DNA of 62,568 nucleotides, filler included, from Stramenopiles sp. TOSAG23-6 (taxonomy: Eukaryota): assembly GCA_900128565.1 (NCBI GenBank). It is 4 parts of 4 records of this genome, joined end to end, with 100 filler letters (N's around TTAATTAATTAA, not from the genome) between each part and the next. Parts side by side here need not be neighbours in the genome. Positions count along the whole stretch, not along the records: positions 1 to 15,661 come from LT636109.1; positions 15,762 to 31,375 come from LT636110.1; 2 more parts are not named here. The stretch is one strand, 5' to 3'. Each line of letters begins with the position of its first letter. Position 1 is the stretch's first letter. Position numbers and translations under genes: made by a program. Positions 9,473-21,382 of the stretch are shown in pieces. The notes beneath the pieces were generated by a model that saw only the letters and a program-made list of their open reading frames with translations, was not told the DNA's origin and made no database searches.

Positions 9473-12127
9473 ATGTTCTATAAAAATGGTCAGGAAATTT
9501 CTGGTAGTGATCGAAAGCCCTTTTCAGAGTTGTCCCCATCTAATGAAGCGTGGGGAAAGAATGTTTCTTCAGGTTATGGTTCACAAAGCGTCAACAAGAA
9601 AAGTTCGTGGGAGCCTGCATATTTACAGAAAGTTGCATCTAGTATAGGTATTATTCCACAATCTTGGCGGAAAAATAAAAAGATATCTGTAGAAGAGAGA
9701 ATGAAAAGAAACAAAATTAGAGGTTCAATTACAAAAGGTTTTGCTTTGCTTCGAAAGTTGCAACGAACTCGAGAAAATATTTCAGCGCGTCGCCGATTTC
9801 TGCTGTGGAAATACAACACTGGTGAAGGCCACATACCCAAACAGCGTTCAGCGTTATCTCTATTTCTTTTCGGCGGAGGTTCATCCAATGAAAAATACTC
9901 GAACTTTTTACTTTCAAAAAAAGAAACAACAAAAAAAAGAAAGCCCTTGCAAAAATCCAATGAAAAATCCTCGATTTTTTTACTTTCAAGAAAAGAAACA
10001 ACAAAGAAAAGAAAGCCCTTAAAAAAAGTATTATTTTCTCCGCAGAAAGGGACATTTCCCCAAACAAACACTACTGTAGATTCCCAATCAAAACTAAATT
10101 GTCCAGTAGAAGAATCATCTTCTCAAGAACGCCATTCATTATTATCATCCTCAAATCGACTTTATTTGACATTATTATCATTGACTTCGAAAGGTGTTAC
10201 TATTTGCGCCTTGGACAAAGGGAAACAAGCGATTTCGTTATTGACTTTATTATGGCGCATACTCAGAGTACAAAATGAATTACGAAAAGGTAGATTTGGT
10301 AACAGTAATAAGACCTCAATACGAGGTGTTGCTCAATTAGTTGGATTGTGGGTCGCACTCGCTGTGGCAGAAAAAATAGGACGATCTCTTCCACTTGGAA
10401 AACTTCGAAATCAGTGGCAAAAGAAAGCTTTTTTGTTAATTAGCCCAGCTAAAAGAAGAATCAGCCTCTCTTTACAATATGTCAATAGAATTGTTCATAC
10501 AATACAAACACCTGCAAAGAAAATATTCCAAACGCCATCACGAATATTTAATTCACTTTGGTTAACAAACACTAAAAACACTACACCGAATGATCATCTA
10601 ACACCTATTATGAACAATAGTTTTAATTGTATAATGACTACAAAAGATGATATAGCCCCGGTATCGAGTAAAACCACAGGGTTTGATTCAAGTAGAAATT
10701 CTCGTATAACACCACGAATTCATTTCAACGACCTTATATCGACTCCGATACAGTTTCGACATTTTGAATCTCCAGATGTATTAGGTACGAAATGTGGTAC
10801 AAATTCATTTTCAAATACTACAATCAACAAAAAAATCATTATGACACCTCTTGTAGCCAAAATACAATCTCTTGGGTGTAATATCAGAAAGCCCCTATAT
10901 GAAGAAGCCTCGGCTCTTTGTATTCAACGAAGTTGGAAAAATTATAAAAAAAGGAAAAATAGTATAGTTATAACAGATACAAATAAAACATATAAATCAT
11001 CTAAAACACCTGCATCAAAGTATCCTCATACACCAAGAACTGTCACAACTGTTGGATATTATACACCATGTACGTTTTATATGNANTTCTNANTTNANGN
11101 TTTTTTTTTCATACNAANTTTNGTACCTAACAATTTTTTTTTTTTTAAAATATTTTTTCACAATACATTCTCATTGAATAAGAAACGTCGCATACTTCAT
11201 CAACTTCGAACTACAGTAAAGAAACAAAAATACAATTCTGCAGTGTGTAGTATCATTTCTGGATGTGCTTATGATTCAGATGAGGAAAATGCTGATATTT
11301 TAGGACCAATTTTACTAAAAAAGCGAGAAGATGTTGAAAAATTGGAAAACGAATGGATGAACATTTGGAATGAAACACGAAAAACGCATAAAATACGTGA
11401 AACACAAAAACAACATTCTATGAAACAAGTTAAAAAAAAATATATATTTTCAGTATCGGAGTTTGTTTTACTATTGAAAAAAACGCGCAATTTTATTTTA
11501 TTGTTGTGCTTATCCATTGTTTGTTTTTATATAGTAATATATACAAATTGTAGAAGCTCATTTGAAACTGTGGTAAACGAGTTGGATGTATTGGAAAACA
11601 GAATTTCAAAACGTTCAGCAAATGAAAATGTTAAAGACATTTCATTTCTTATTGCCATGAAGACGATTGCTGTACCAATGCTTAGTAGTTGTGCGTCTAC
11701 ATTAGGGATATTTTCGTACTTTGACAAATTTGGTTCGATTGTAACTAGTGTATTAAATAATAGTAGCAAATTAGATGAGAATAGAAACAGGAATATTGAA
11801 AAGGTAAATGGGAGATTTCTACTTGATAAAAGCGTAACAGATGCTTCCAGTATAGCACAAAAATATATCGTTCATCCTTTTCTATTTATAGTATTTCACA
11901 CTTTATCAATAACAAATGTAATGATTATAACAACTGGTACATTAGCACAAAATGTTTCAGAGTATGTTCATATTGTATCATATAATCTGACAAAATTCAT
12001 GGAAAAACAAATTTTACCTTTTATTAATTCATACAATACGAGAGTATTAAGTACGTCAGTAAGTATATTCGTAGTATCCATTTTTATTAGTCTACACATT
12101 TTTCAACTTCGAGCTCGATTTAGTTAG
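9473..12127 (+). CDS. Unknown protein with an IQ-like motif and C-terminal hydrophobic segments (intron 11070-11168)
   Basis: 884-codon ORF; ALCIQRSWKNY IQ-like motif; contains an in-frame family intron. Confidence 0.65.
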   Translation: MFYKNGQEISGSDRKPFSELSPSNEAWGKNVSSGYGSQSVNKKSSWEPAYLQKVASSIGIIPQSWRKNKKISVEERMKRNKIRGSITKGFALLRKLQRTRENISARRRFLLWKYNTGEGHIPKQRSALSLFLFGGGSSNEKYSNFLLSKKETTKKRKPLQKSNEKSSIFLLSRKETTKKRKPLKKVLFSPQKGTFPQTNTTVDSQSKLNCPVEESSSQERHSLLSSSNRLYLTLLSLTSKGVTICALDKGKQAISLLTLLWRILRVQNELRKGRFGNSNKTSIRGVAQLVGLWVALAVAEKIGRSLPLGKLRNQWQKKAFLLISPAKRRISLSLQYVNRIVHTIQTPAKKIFQTPSRIFNSLWLTNTKNTTPNDHLTPIMNNSFNCIMTTKDDIAPVSSKTTGFDSSRNSRITPRIHFNDLISTPIQFRHFESPDVLGTKCGTNSFSNTTINKKIIMTPLVAKIQSLGCNIRKPLYEEASALCIQRSWKNYKKRKNSIVITDTNKTYKSSKTPASKYPHTPRTVTTVGYYTPCTFYMXFXXXXFFFIXXXVPNNFFFFKIFFHNTFSLNKKRRILHQLRTTVKKQKYNSAVCSIISGCAYDSDEENADILGPILLKKREDVEKLENEWMNIWNETRKTHKIRETQKQHSMKQVKKKYIFSVSEFVLLLKKTRNFILLLCLSIVCFYIVIYTNCRSSFETVVNELDVLENRISKRSANENVKDISFLIAMKTIAVPMLSSCASTLGIFSYFDKFGSIVTSVLNNSSKLDENRNRNIEKVNGRFLLDKSVTDASSIAQKYIVHPFLFIVFHTLSITNVMIITTGTLAQNVSEYVHIVSYNLTKFMEKQILPFINSYNTRVLSTSVSIFVVSIFISLHIFQLRARFS
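11070..11168 (+). other. GT-AT intron (family), 99 nt, in-frame
   Basis: GTACGTTTT...GTACCTAAC...CACAATACAT; contains several ambiguous bases. Confidence 0.8.
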
Positions 12128-12267
12128 AAATAAATTAGTAGTTATTGTTTTATTATGTTGAAATATTTTATAATCAAAACATTAAAGATAGTCTTACAAA
12201 AAGAAATATATTTCTAAAGGTTTTTCTCATCAGAAATATTCGAAGAAAGTGCATACTATAACACATC

Positions 12268-15200
12268 TCATGAAGTTCCTGATAAAACCATCCACATATT
12301 ACGACACAAAGATGCTTCCGTTCGCACCGCTCGTTTTTTATCATTCAATACAGGGACGAGCTCCTTTACCACTCGGCGTCCCAACGGGTGGATTTGATGG
12401 TATGGTAGTAGTCGTATTGTTTTGATACAACGACACGCCTGCATACGAACTTTAGCTGTGACACCATTACAAGCAAGAAATAAAAGTGAAGAAGTCACTG
12501 AATCAACATGAGTAGCGATTGCATTCAGAGTCCGCATTCTAGCATCTTTATTAATATTTGATTCCTTTTGATCTGTTGGATTGGAATGAGTCAAATCTGA
12601 ACTAAATGAACGATGTTTTCGAGTTTTTCGTGTATCCATTGGAACTATAGTTTTCTTTGCATTAAGCAAAGCATCAAAACAAACTAATGCAGCAGAACGC
12701 ATAGTAATATCTATATGTTTGTCAGTTTCGCTAGATTTATATTTGGTGCCACCCAAAGCTTGTAAGAGCAAAGGCATTGCTTGTGACATTTCACTATTAG
12801 TAGTGGCACTTGGCATATTCGAAGTTGAATTTGTAGCAAATTTCTTACCTAACGAATTTCCCCCCAGCATTTTACTCACAAATATTGTACTAGGAATTTG
12901 TTGAAAAAGAAGTACGATTGCCAGAAGTACAGGATCTTGTACATCTCGCAATTTTGATTCAGAATCAAATAAAGATAATAGTTTAGTATATATATACTGG
13001 AAGTACTTCTGGCGGTATAAAACACGAATTCTAGCCCCTGTACATCTCTTTAAACAAGATGGTCCAGACACTTCTACATTTGAAATGATACATCCAATGT
13101 TATGCACGGCTTCTTTCCTAATTTCACTACAATGAGTTTCGGTATGTTTCGTTGTTTTACAAATATATGAGCACATCAAGTCGATCAGTGAAGTAGTCAA
13201 TGTATGGCTCCTCATAGCTAATGATTTAGCAACCCAAGATAAAGTTCGCATCGCCTTGGTACTATTTCTATTTTTAGCAGAAATCAATGATGTTAAACAA
13301 TGTACCACATCCGCTAAAATTGTTTCTAACTCAGTTCCTTTTGGCAACTTATTTAAAATCCCAGCTAACGTTTCTGCTGCTGAATTGGTAATTTTTTCAT
13401 CTGAAATAGAAGAGACTGATAATTTAAGTAAAGCCATAATCCCAGAAGATAATTGATGTGAGTCGTCCCAAAGATTTGATGATGTCGAATCATTCCCACG
13501 AAATACTTTTACAGCGCCAATAACTGAATGAACCAAAAGCATCAGCTGTAACTGCGACTTTGAGGATGTACTTTCTAAGGTTTCGATACCAAAGCCAGAA
13601 TGTTTATTATTTTTTACCAATAGACTGAATACAGTATCAACTAAATCCCATTGAGTAGATTGTGTCGAATGAACTGTGATTATATGCAGTATGGACGTAA
13701 TATGCGACATAATTTGAACTTGATTTCTATCTGTTTTATCAAACTCATCGGTTAATGCTCCATTATTAGCTAGTTCCACAAGAGATTCTATAAGAATGTA
13801 TGCAAGACTCTTTTGATTATTTCCAGCGCAAACTACTTTTGCTGAGGTGATTGACTTCATTAAATTTGATGCACTACAATCAGTTTTGCTTTCTTTTGAC
13901 AGACTTTTAGTAGACAGTTTTGTCGCTGCTTCAGCAATGATACAATGTAAAGCTTTAATAACAGCAGCAGCATCGTCACCACTAGCTAAACAACGGCGAG
14001 TATATTGATTCGAAACTTTCGTTTTTTTATGTGGAGAATATACTGTATCATCAGCCTTTGTAGCCTTTGTAGTATGTAACATTCTTTTTAAGAAAAAAGG
14101 TAATACAATATCAAATACGGAAGGTATTACACAAAGCTGACATAAAGCATTAAGTGAAGTTCTACTTGGTAAAGATGAAATTAATTTTGGTATAGCAAGA
14201 TCTATAACCATTTTTAAGTACATTTTGTCACATTTTGCCAGAGATAGGATTGTTAAACATGAATTATTTCTTAATTCTTTATCATCTATAATACGTTTTA
14301 CATCATTCGACGTTTGAATTATTGAAACATTTTCTGTACTGTTTCCCAACACTACTTGGACATTTTCTGTACTGTTTCCCAACACTACTTGGACCATAAT
14401 TTCAATAATCGTTTCAACGGACTCTTTTTCAAGAAGGGGCGATGAAGGTAATAAAAGTAATGAACACAAACCACGCAAACCTGCTTTTCTTGTAGCTAAT
14501 ATTGAATCTTTATGATTGGTTACCGTTTCCTGTTTCAACAAAGAATCATCATCATTATTATTACCTGTACAAGAACTACTAGAATTATCAGAATTATTCT
14601 TATTTCTGCCACAACATCCGCTATTTTCTGTAGGATTCGTCTTCTTTTTTTTACAATTATTCAGTGTATTTCGTGTTTCATGTGATAAACAATACGCCGA
14701 CGAAAATACAAAACGTAAATTATCTATAAATGGTGTAATAGGATTTTTCATTACACCCACATCAATTTCAGAGTCCATTTCAGATACAATATCTGCAAGA
14801 AATTCAATCGACGATCGATATACAATAAGATTTCCTGTTTTTGATTCTGTTGGCATTGCAGACATGGATTATGAAAAAATATTTCGAAATGATTTTTTTG
14901 TTAGGTACAAAATTACGTACGAAAAAAAAAATTCAAAATTGAAATGAAAACGAACGTGCAATGATCAAGGAACGAAGGGACGACAACAGGAATAACTCGA
15001 GCAAACGCTGTACACGACGCACTAGCAATAGCTCGTAACACACGGACAGAACATCGAGCATTCAAATGAGTTAACCTAACTATTTTTGTATTTTTTTTAT
15101 CATCACAATGACTACTATTAGATGTATCTGTATCAATTTTCATTCCATTAGGGTTAGGGTCATCAGACACTGGAGAAATTTCTCGACAACACCGTTTTAT

Positions 15201-15620
15201 TAAAGGGTTACAGAAAGTATTCCAAGCTTCTTCTCCAGAATGCATCGATATAGAAGACACTAGAGATTTCGTGATGATTTTTGTCAAAACACGAATTGTA
15301 TCCAATGTAGAATGAACCACATTTGACTCATCACCAGTAATTGATTCGGTATATAAGACACTTGCTAATTCAGGCAATCGTATGTATAGTGAAAATATAT
15401 ATATATTTTTTTTAGTACAAAAAATTCGTTAGGTACAAAATTTATCTACGAAAAAATAATATATTTGACATTCATGATGAAAACGTACAAATGCTTACAA
15501 AAAGATACTACAGAAAATCCGCTATACCCTGAATTAATACAATATTGCAACGTCTGTAGAGCATCAAGTTGAGCACTAATGACATTTGCTTGAATTTTTT
15601 CAATCAATAATTGAATCACC
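12268..15620 (-). CDS. MMS19: MMS19 (cytosolic Fe-S assembly HEAT-repeat protein), 5'-partial; exons 15620-15489, 15381-14956, 14863-12268
   Basis: C-terminus VRMQACRCI..LPYHQIHP...VVKELVPVLNDKKRAVRTEA...RNMW; upstream exon LLIEKIQANVISAQLDALQTL. Confidence 0.85.
14864..14955 (-). other. GT-AT intron (family, GTTCGT donor variant)
   Basis: GTTCGTTTT...CGTACG...TGTACCTAAC...CATAATCCAT; joins LDHCT-SAMPTE in frame. Confidence 0.82.
15382..15488 (-). other. GT-AT intron (family)
   Basis: GTACGTTTT...TGTACCTAAC...CACTATACAT; joins CKHL-RLPELAS. Confidence 0.82.
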
Positions 15621-15661
15621 ATGTATTTTGGAAAAATATTTCAAAAAAAAATCGTTAGGTA
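15621..15661 (-). other. 3' part of a family intron, truncated by contig end
   Basis: TACCTAAC...CCAAAATACAT followed by an MMS19 exon. Confidence 0.75.
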
Positions 15662-15761
15662 NNNNNNNNNNNNNNNNNNNNNNNNNNNNNNNNNNNNNNN
15701 NNNNNTTAATTAATTAANNNNNNNNNNNNNNNNNNNNNNNNNNNNNNNNNNNNNNNNNNNN
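15662..15761. other. Artificial contig linker (N-TTAATTAATTAA-N)
   Basis: 100-nt N spacer with an all-frame stop motif; the same construct occurs three times. Confidence 0.95.
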
Positions 15762-15786
15762 TCGAACACGAAGCTGCACTTTCTTT

Positions 15787-17085
15787 TTGTTTTTTTCATT
15801 CCACTCAACTACTACGTATATATTTCCTTTGCGTGCTCAAAAAACCATTGTCAACTGTAATACTATACTGACAGATAAAGGTTTTCCAGCCGAGATACAA
15901 TATGAGACTATGCCACTTGATACTACGCTATTTGAGTGTTACGAGGCATGTAGACGTAAAGAGTTGAACTGTGCTCATTTCACGTATGAAACAAGTCCAA
16001 ACAAATGTAAAATGTATCAACCTACAACCATCAGTTCAAATGCTATTCAACTTGCTGGTACAACAACAAACCTTTCAAATATTATTGAAATGCCTGGCAG
16101 TACAATATATTCATGTGGTTTCGGACTTCAATGTGACCCAGGATTAGGGAATATCTACGTGGATAAAGATAAATGTTTGTGCAAAAACAAAATAATTACG
16201 TCACATGAACCAGGAACACAAACTAACTGTAATTTAGGGCAGTATTGCTATGCAAATGGAACCTGCTCAAATGTGAAGAGAGGACGTAATTTAGTAGGTG
16301 ACACTGGCGATTACCATGTAGTCGGCCGAATAGTTATTTATGTGGTTTTGTTTTTTGCAATGATTTTACTTTGTGTAGTAACAGAGTTTGCGAAAAGAAA
16401 ATTTGAAAGAAGCGAAACTTTGAGCATTCTACTTGATATCGCTCTTCTTGCATTATACATAGTTGAACAGTTGACTGAATTTATTGAAATACCCGTAACT
16501 GGTATATTCCAGCGTTTGAATAATAGCATAGAGTTGGAACTGCGTATTGGTATATGGAAATCTTGTGCATTTTTTTATCAACATGGTGATATAAGGGCAA
16601 GGCAAATTGAAAAATGCTACTCTTCGTCAAGTATTTTCCCAGGTTTTGAAGGTAGTTTGGAAATGATTCTGATAGGGATTTTTATTAATATCTTAATTCT
16701 GTCGCTTATCATCAAATATTGTGTATCGTTTACAAAATTCTTTTCGAAATTAAAGCCGAAAATGATTCTTATCAATGCAAATTTACAAGTATTTGGTAAT
16801 TTGTTGATATTTGGCTTGTTTTTATCGACATATTTTGACATATTGGCCGTAAGATATCGAAAACCTGCTGAACCTTCTCATTTTAAAGTTGGTTTTTTTC
16901 TAAGTATTACATCGTTGCTTTTATCAATTGTAGCATTCACTCTTGATGTATTTTCTACTGAAAAATATATAGTAGTAAGTCCAATCCCAGATGAAGAGGA
17001 TCCAAAATCGGCAGTTGATGTTAAGTTGAAAATTACATCGGAGGGAGTAGTACCTGTGGTTACAGAAAGAAAAGACAAAAAATAA
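15787..17085 (+). CDS. Membrane protein with Cys-rich (PAN/apple-like) extracellular region and several TM helices; probably 5'-partial
   Basis: ECYEACRRKELNCAHFTY..CKMY pattern; about 5 hydrophobic segments; IGIWKSC motif reminiscent of claudin-like proteins. Confidence 0.6.
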   Translation: MFFSFHSTTTYIFPLRAQKTIVNCNTILTDKGFPAEIQYETMPLDTTLFECYEACRRKELNCAHFTYETSPNKCKMYQPTTISSNAIQLAGTTTNLSNIIEMPGSTIYSCGFGLQCDPGLGNIYVDKDKCLCKNKIITSHEPGTQTNCNLGQYCYANGTCSNVKRGRNLVGDTGDYHVVGRIVIYVVLFFAMILLCVVTEFAKRKFERSETLSILLDIALLALYIVEQLTEFIEIPVTGIFQRLNNSIELELRIGIWKSCAFFYQHGDIRARQIEKCYSSSSIFPGFEGSLEMILIGIFINILILSLIIKYCVSFTKFFSKLKPKMILINANLQVFGNLLIFGLFLSTYFDILAVRYRKPAEPSHFKVGFFLSITSLLLSIVAFTLDVFSTEKYIVVSPIPDEEDPKSAVDVKLKITSEGVVPVVTERKDKK

Positions 17086-17573
17086 AGTCGAAATTAAAAA
17101 AATTAGAGTGGTTACAGAAAGAAAAGACAAAAAATAAAGTCGAAATTAAAAAAAATAGAGTGTTCTAGAGCGCGCTCAAAATTTAAAAAAAAAAAAAATT
17201 AAGTCATTGAAATCGAAATCTCAAAATAATAAATTAATAATAATGATAATTTTAGTTTATCTATCAAATCTTAAAATTAAATTGATTGTAGAAACGCAGC
17301 AGAAACGCACCCACGAAAAATCTGGGATTTTCGTGGGTGTAGAAACCAACGTCCGTCCAGGTACCGGGTAACAACCCAAACCTTTCGAGCGCTTCGGCCC
17401 GGCGGCATTCAAATTTAAATTATTATTCCTCCGAAGAACGAGAAGTCGAAGTCTCTCGAAGAATTTTTTATCAAAAGTCCGCTATCTTGAAAAAAACATG
17501 TTCTTGATGTGAATAATGAAATATTGTGTTATGCAATCAATCTTATATATCCAAGTTATTTTGTTTGGTTTGA

Positions 17574-18041
17574 ATGATGCACGAGAATCCCGCTGATCCA
17601 AGAGTTCCTCGAGGTTATGTTGAGTGGAATGAAAAAAACAAAAAGAAAGTGCAGCTTCGTGTTCGACAGATAAAGAAACAAAGAAACAATCGAGAGAAAC
17701 AAAGACGATTGAGTACTACATCAACATCTAAAGAGAACAGTGAAAGGAAGACAAAGTCTAAATCTGAACATTTGTCGGAATATTTCAAAAAGAGACGAAA
17801 AAGTACCAAGGGCAAACCTAAAGAAGAATCAACTGCCGCCACTCCTTTTGATGATATTTCAGTATTTTTGCAAAACTTGAAGACATCAAGTCCATTCGTA
17901 TTTTACATGACTGCTACTACTATTACTTTATTACTGTTTTGGTTGTTTCTAGTGTTGCCATTGCAGAAACTTGATTTTATAAGTGCTACTATGCATTGTG
18001 TCTTTTTTTGTACTTGTTGCGTTGTAGTATATTTTTTCTAA
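17574..18041 (+). CDS. Small basic protein with C-terminal TM segments
   Basis: 155-codon ATG ORF with a K/R-rich N-terminus and hydrophobic C-terminus. Confidence 0.5.
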   Translation: MMHENPADPRVPRGYVEWNEKNKKKVQLRVRQIKKQRNNREKQRRLSTTSTSKENSERKTKSKSEHLSEYFKKRRKSTKGKPKEESTAATPFDDISVFLQNLKTSSPFVFYMTATTITLLLFWLFLVLPLQKLDFISATMHCVFFCTCCVVVYFF

Positions 18042-18082
18042 AAATCGGAAAAAAACTTTCTAAAAATTCTGCTTTATTAAAA

Positions 18083-21000
18083 TTATTTTTCATTTGTAAT
18101 TCTTGCTGAGGGGGTACAATGTCTTTCTAGATATAACAACTGTTCAACTTCAAAGCAAAAATCTAGTTTTTCTCGTCCAAATTTATCCTCTAAAATTGTT
18201 TTAGTATCTTTGTGTTTTTGATTATGCAGTAAAAACTTTCGGATGTCAGTATACAAAACTCCTTCACGACTTCTCAAGTCATTTTGAAATCTTTCAATCT
18301 GCTCATAATTAATACCGAGAAGCGGCGTATGATCACCTTCTGGTAAATCTGAAACAGCAACTGCAGCAGATGCTTCACCACCAATTGTTATATGCCGTAA
18401 CTGAGCAAGGACTTCAATGGCATCGTCATCAACTTGTGTCTTTCCATCATTCTCAAAATCATCACTATAGAGTCCGCCAGCTTCATCTTCGTCTGAATAC
18501 ATGTCATCATCATCGCCGCTGTCCATATATGATGGTGAAGAAGGCCTAATAACAGATCCATTCTTTTTATCTACATTTGTCAAATATCCTTCATTTCGTG
18601 TAGATTGTTTCTCATCCACTGTATTTTGTGCTAAGGATTTTTCTTTACTAGGAGAAGTATCTATGGATGATGAGGGAATTCCATTAATATTTGTGGATCT
18701 TTGTTTTGCTTCAGGTGATGATCGTCCACCTCTTCCACCTACTCGAATTGAAGTTCGTTGACGTCCGCCGCGTCCTGATAATGATCTTCGATGTCCTCTG
18801 CCACCAAAACTTTTACTACTCCCACGTCCGATATTACTATTATTATTCGACGCAAACTGACCGTCAAAACTGAACATTGTAACTGGTGAACCAGGGTCAC
18901 CCGGAAGACTTTGGGATTCTAACACTGCAACAGCAGCAGCGGTACCAGCTGTCCCAGGACTTATTACAGGTACATGTGCATCTATTTCATCGTAGGGTGA
19001 GTAACAACTTCCTCTAGGCGATGGATTTATCGGTCTTTCGTCAGGATTAATTAAATATGAAGGCCTTTTATAAACATACTTTTGCTTTGAATCCGTAATG
19101 TACGAAAAATTTGAACCTTTATTTTTTGCTTCTATATGAGCCATATATTTTGCTGACTGTGATTTAGCTTCGAAAATAGGTTTTTCCTCATTCACTGTTG
19201 GAATCTCATCGACTCCAGCAGAATCATTAACTTTATATTTACCACCAATTGAACCATGTATTGGTCTATCATCATTCGGATCATGTCTTCGAATTATTCT
19301 TTGTCCTCTCTTATTTCTATTATTTTGTGATTCTTTACCATGTACGAGCACAAATTGTTCATCTGGATTTGAGGATTCTCTAAAATCTTCACATGTATTG
19401 TGAAAAAAAAATTTTTTGTAAAATTTGTTAGGTACGGAATTTCGTACGAAAAAAAAATAAATTCGAAATTGAAAAAAATAAAAGATACATGTTTCATTAA
19501 AAGGATCCTTGCCATCTTTGGTAGAAACATAATCTACACTTCTACGAAAACCGTTGTGATTGGGGGAACTAGAGGAATTCGTTGGCGAAAGTGTTACATC
19601 TGGATTAAATTCTATCGATGCATACAGACTTGCATCGGTTTCTGTTTTTGCTAACGTATCACTCGGCAAATTCAAGTTTGAATCTGGACCAAATTTTGTA
19701 CATGACAGACTCGCAGTACTTAGGTCACTCATTGGAAAAGGGTCATCCGAATTTCCAAATGGCTCCTTATTTTGACCTAAATGTATATTCTTTGATCCCG
19801 CAGCTGTCATTGAAGTAATTGTGATAGTATTCATAGTATCCTTTGACTTTTCATTTAATTTAGACTCCACATTGCAATCAGCTGCAAAATTTAACCCGGA
19901 TCCTGTACTTGACCTAAACATTCGCCGTTTTCGCTCTGCAACTGCATTACGATTTTTAGTCCCTACAGATAGTGTCACAGCTTTTAGCTCAGCTTCACGT
20001 AATTCGCGAGCCAGATCTTTTGATCGTTGTTTTCTCCGTCTCGCTCTCTCTGCCGGAGTGAGCATTACTAGCAAATGTCTTTGCTCTGATTGGCCATTTA
20101 CTTTGGATTCAGATATTTTATTCTTATTTATTTTATTCCTTTTCGAATTCATTTTTGATACTTTTCTCAACTTTTGCCCTATTGAACCACCAGTTCTTTC
20201 TAATTCAGCAATCTGGTTCCTAATGATAGGTGTAGAAAATATTTTTGCGTAGTCTGCTCTTTGGTTTGGATTTTTTTTTAATAAAGATGAAACGAGACCA
20301 CGCATACCTTGACTATATCCTTTCGGTAGACTTGTGTACTTTCCTTGAACAATTTGATATACTAAACCCAATAAATTACTACCTTTAAATGCATGACATC
20401 TTGCACACATCTCATAAAGGATACAGCCGACTGCCCATAAATCAGATTTATAAGTATGTATTTTGGAAAAATATTTCAAAAAAAAAAACTTAAATTTGTT
20501 AGGTACAATTTCAAAAAAAAAAACTTAAATTTGTTAGGTACAAACTTTCGTACGAAAAAAAATCGAATTTGAAAAAAAATAAAACATACATACGGTTTGT
20601 TTTCGCAGACCTCAGGGGACATATAATACGGTGTTCCAACGACAGTGCTTGCATGATCAAGAGTACTACTTAATACACGAGCAATCCCAAAATCACCAAG
20701 TTTAATTATAGAACGGTCGGTGATAAATACATTATTGGATTTCAGATCCCTATGTAAGATTTTTCGACTATGAATATAACGACAAGCCATGCAAAGCTGA
20801 ATAAACCAGTCCAATATTAAAGCTTCCTCTAAAGGCTGTTTTGCTGCTTTAATATACGCCGATAAATCTCCAACAGCACAGTATTCCATCACAATATGCA
20901 AATCTTCCCCATACATGAAACTTTCGCGGTAGTCTACAACGTTTGGATGTTTTAAAGTAGAAAGAAAAGTTACTTCTGCCAGGGCTTGCTTCCGTTCGAT

Positions 21001-21129
21001 TCTATTCATGAGTTCTATAGAAACTCGTTTCACTACAACTTTTTCATGAGAACCTCCAACTGTACGGCAAAGCATTGCTTCACCATACTGACCACGACCA
21101 ATAGTTTTGAGTTTCTCATATCGATCCAT
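18083..21129 (-). CDS. NIMA-related (NEK) Ser/Thr kinase; exons 21129-20590, 20455-19489, 19392-18083
   Basis: GRGQYG, HRDLKSNN, KLGDFGIARVL, VGTPYYMSPEVCENKPY joined to TYKSDLWAVGCILYEM after removing the intron. Confidence 0.93.
19393..19488 (-). other. GT-AT intron (family), 96 nt, in-frame, GTATCTTTT donor
   Basis: GTATCTTTT...CGTACGAAATT..GTACCTAAC...CACAATACAT. Confidence 0.82.
20456..20589 (-). other. GT-AT intron (family) with duplicated branch module
   Basis: Removal restores ENKPY-TYKSDLW exactly; TGTACCTAACAAATTTAAG occurs twice. Confidence 0.93.
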
Positions 21130-21382
21130 TGTATAGATCTATTATAATTTCCTAAATCAACATTCGACGTAATTTTTCAAAATGAACATCTTTAAAAAAA
21201 TTAAAAAAAAAAAGACGAATATTCAACCAACTAAAAAAAAAAAAAAACGTATTTACAGCAAGACAAACCTGCTCCGCTAATACTAAAATTTGAATGGCCA
21301 CGCTTATGTATTAGTCATGTGACACTTGAAAGAACAATAGCAAATATTTTAATACTGTCGAGTACTCTCTTGAAGTCTCTTC

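Noticed and set aside
15662-15761. TTAATTAATTAA flanked by Ns, three occurrences
   Set aside because: Artificial contig-joining linker, not biology. Gene adjacency across these points is meaningless.
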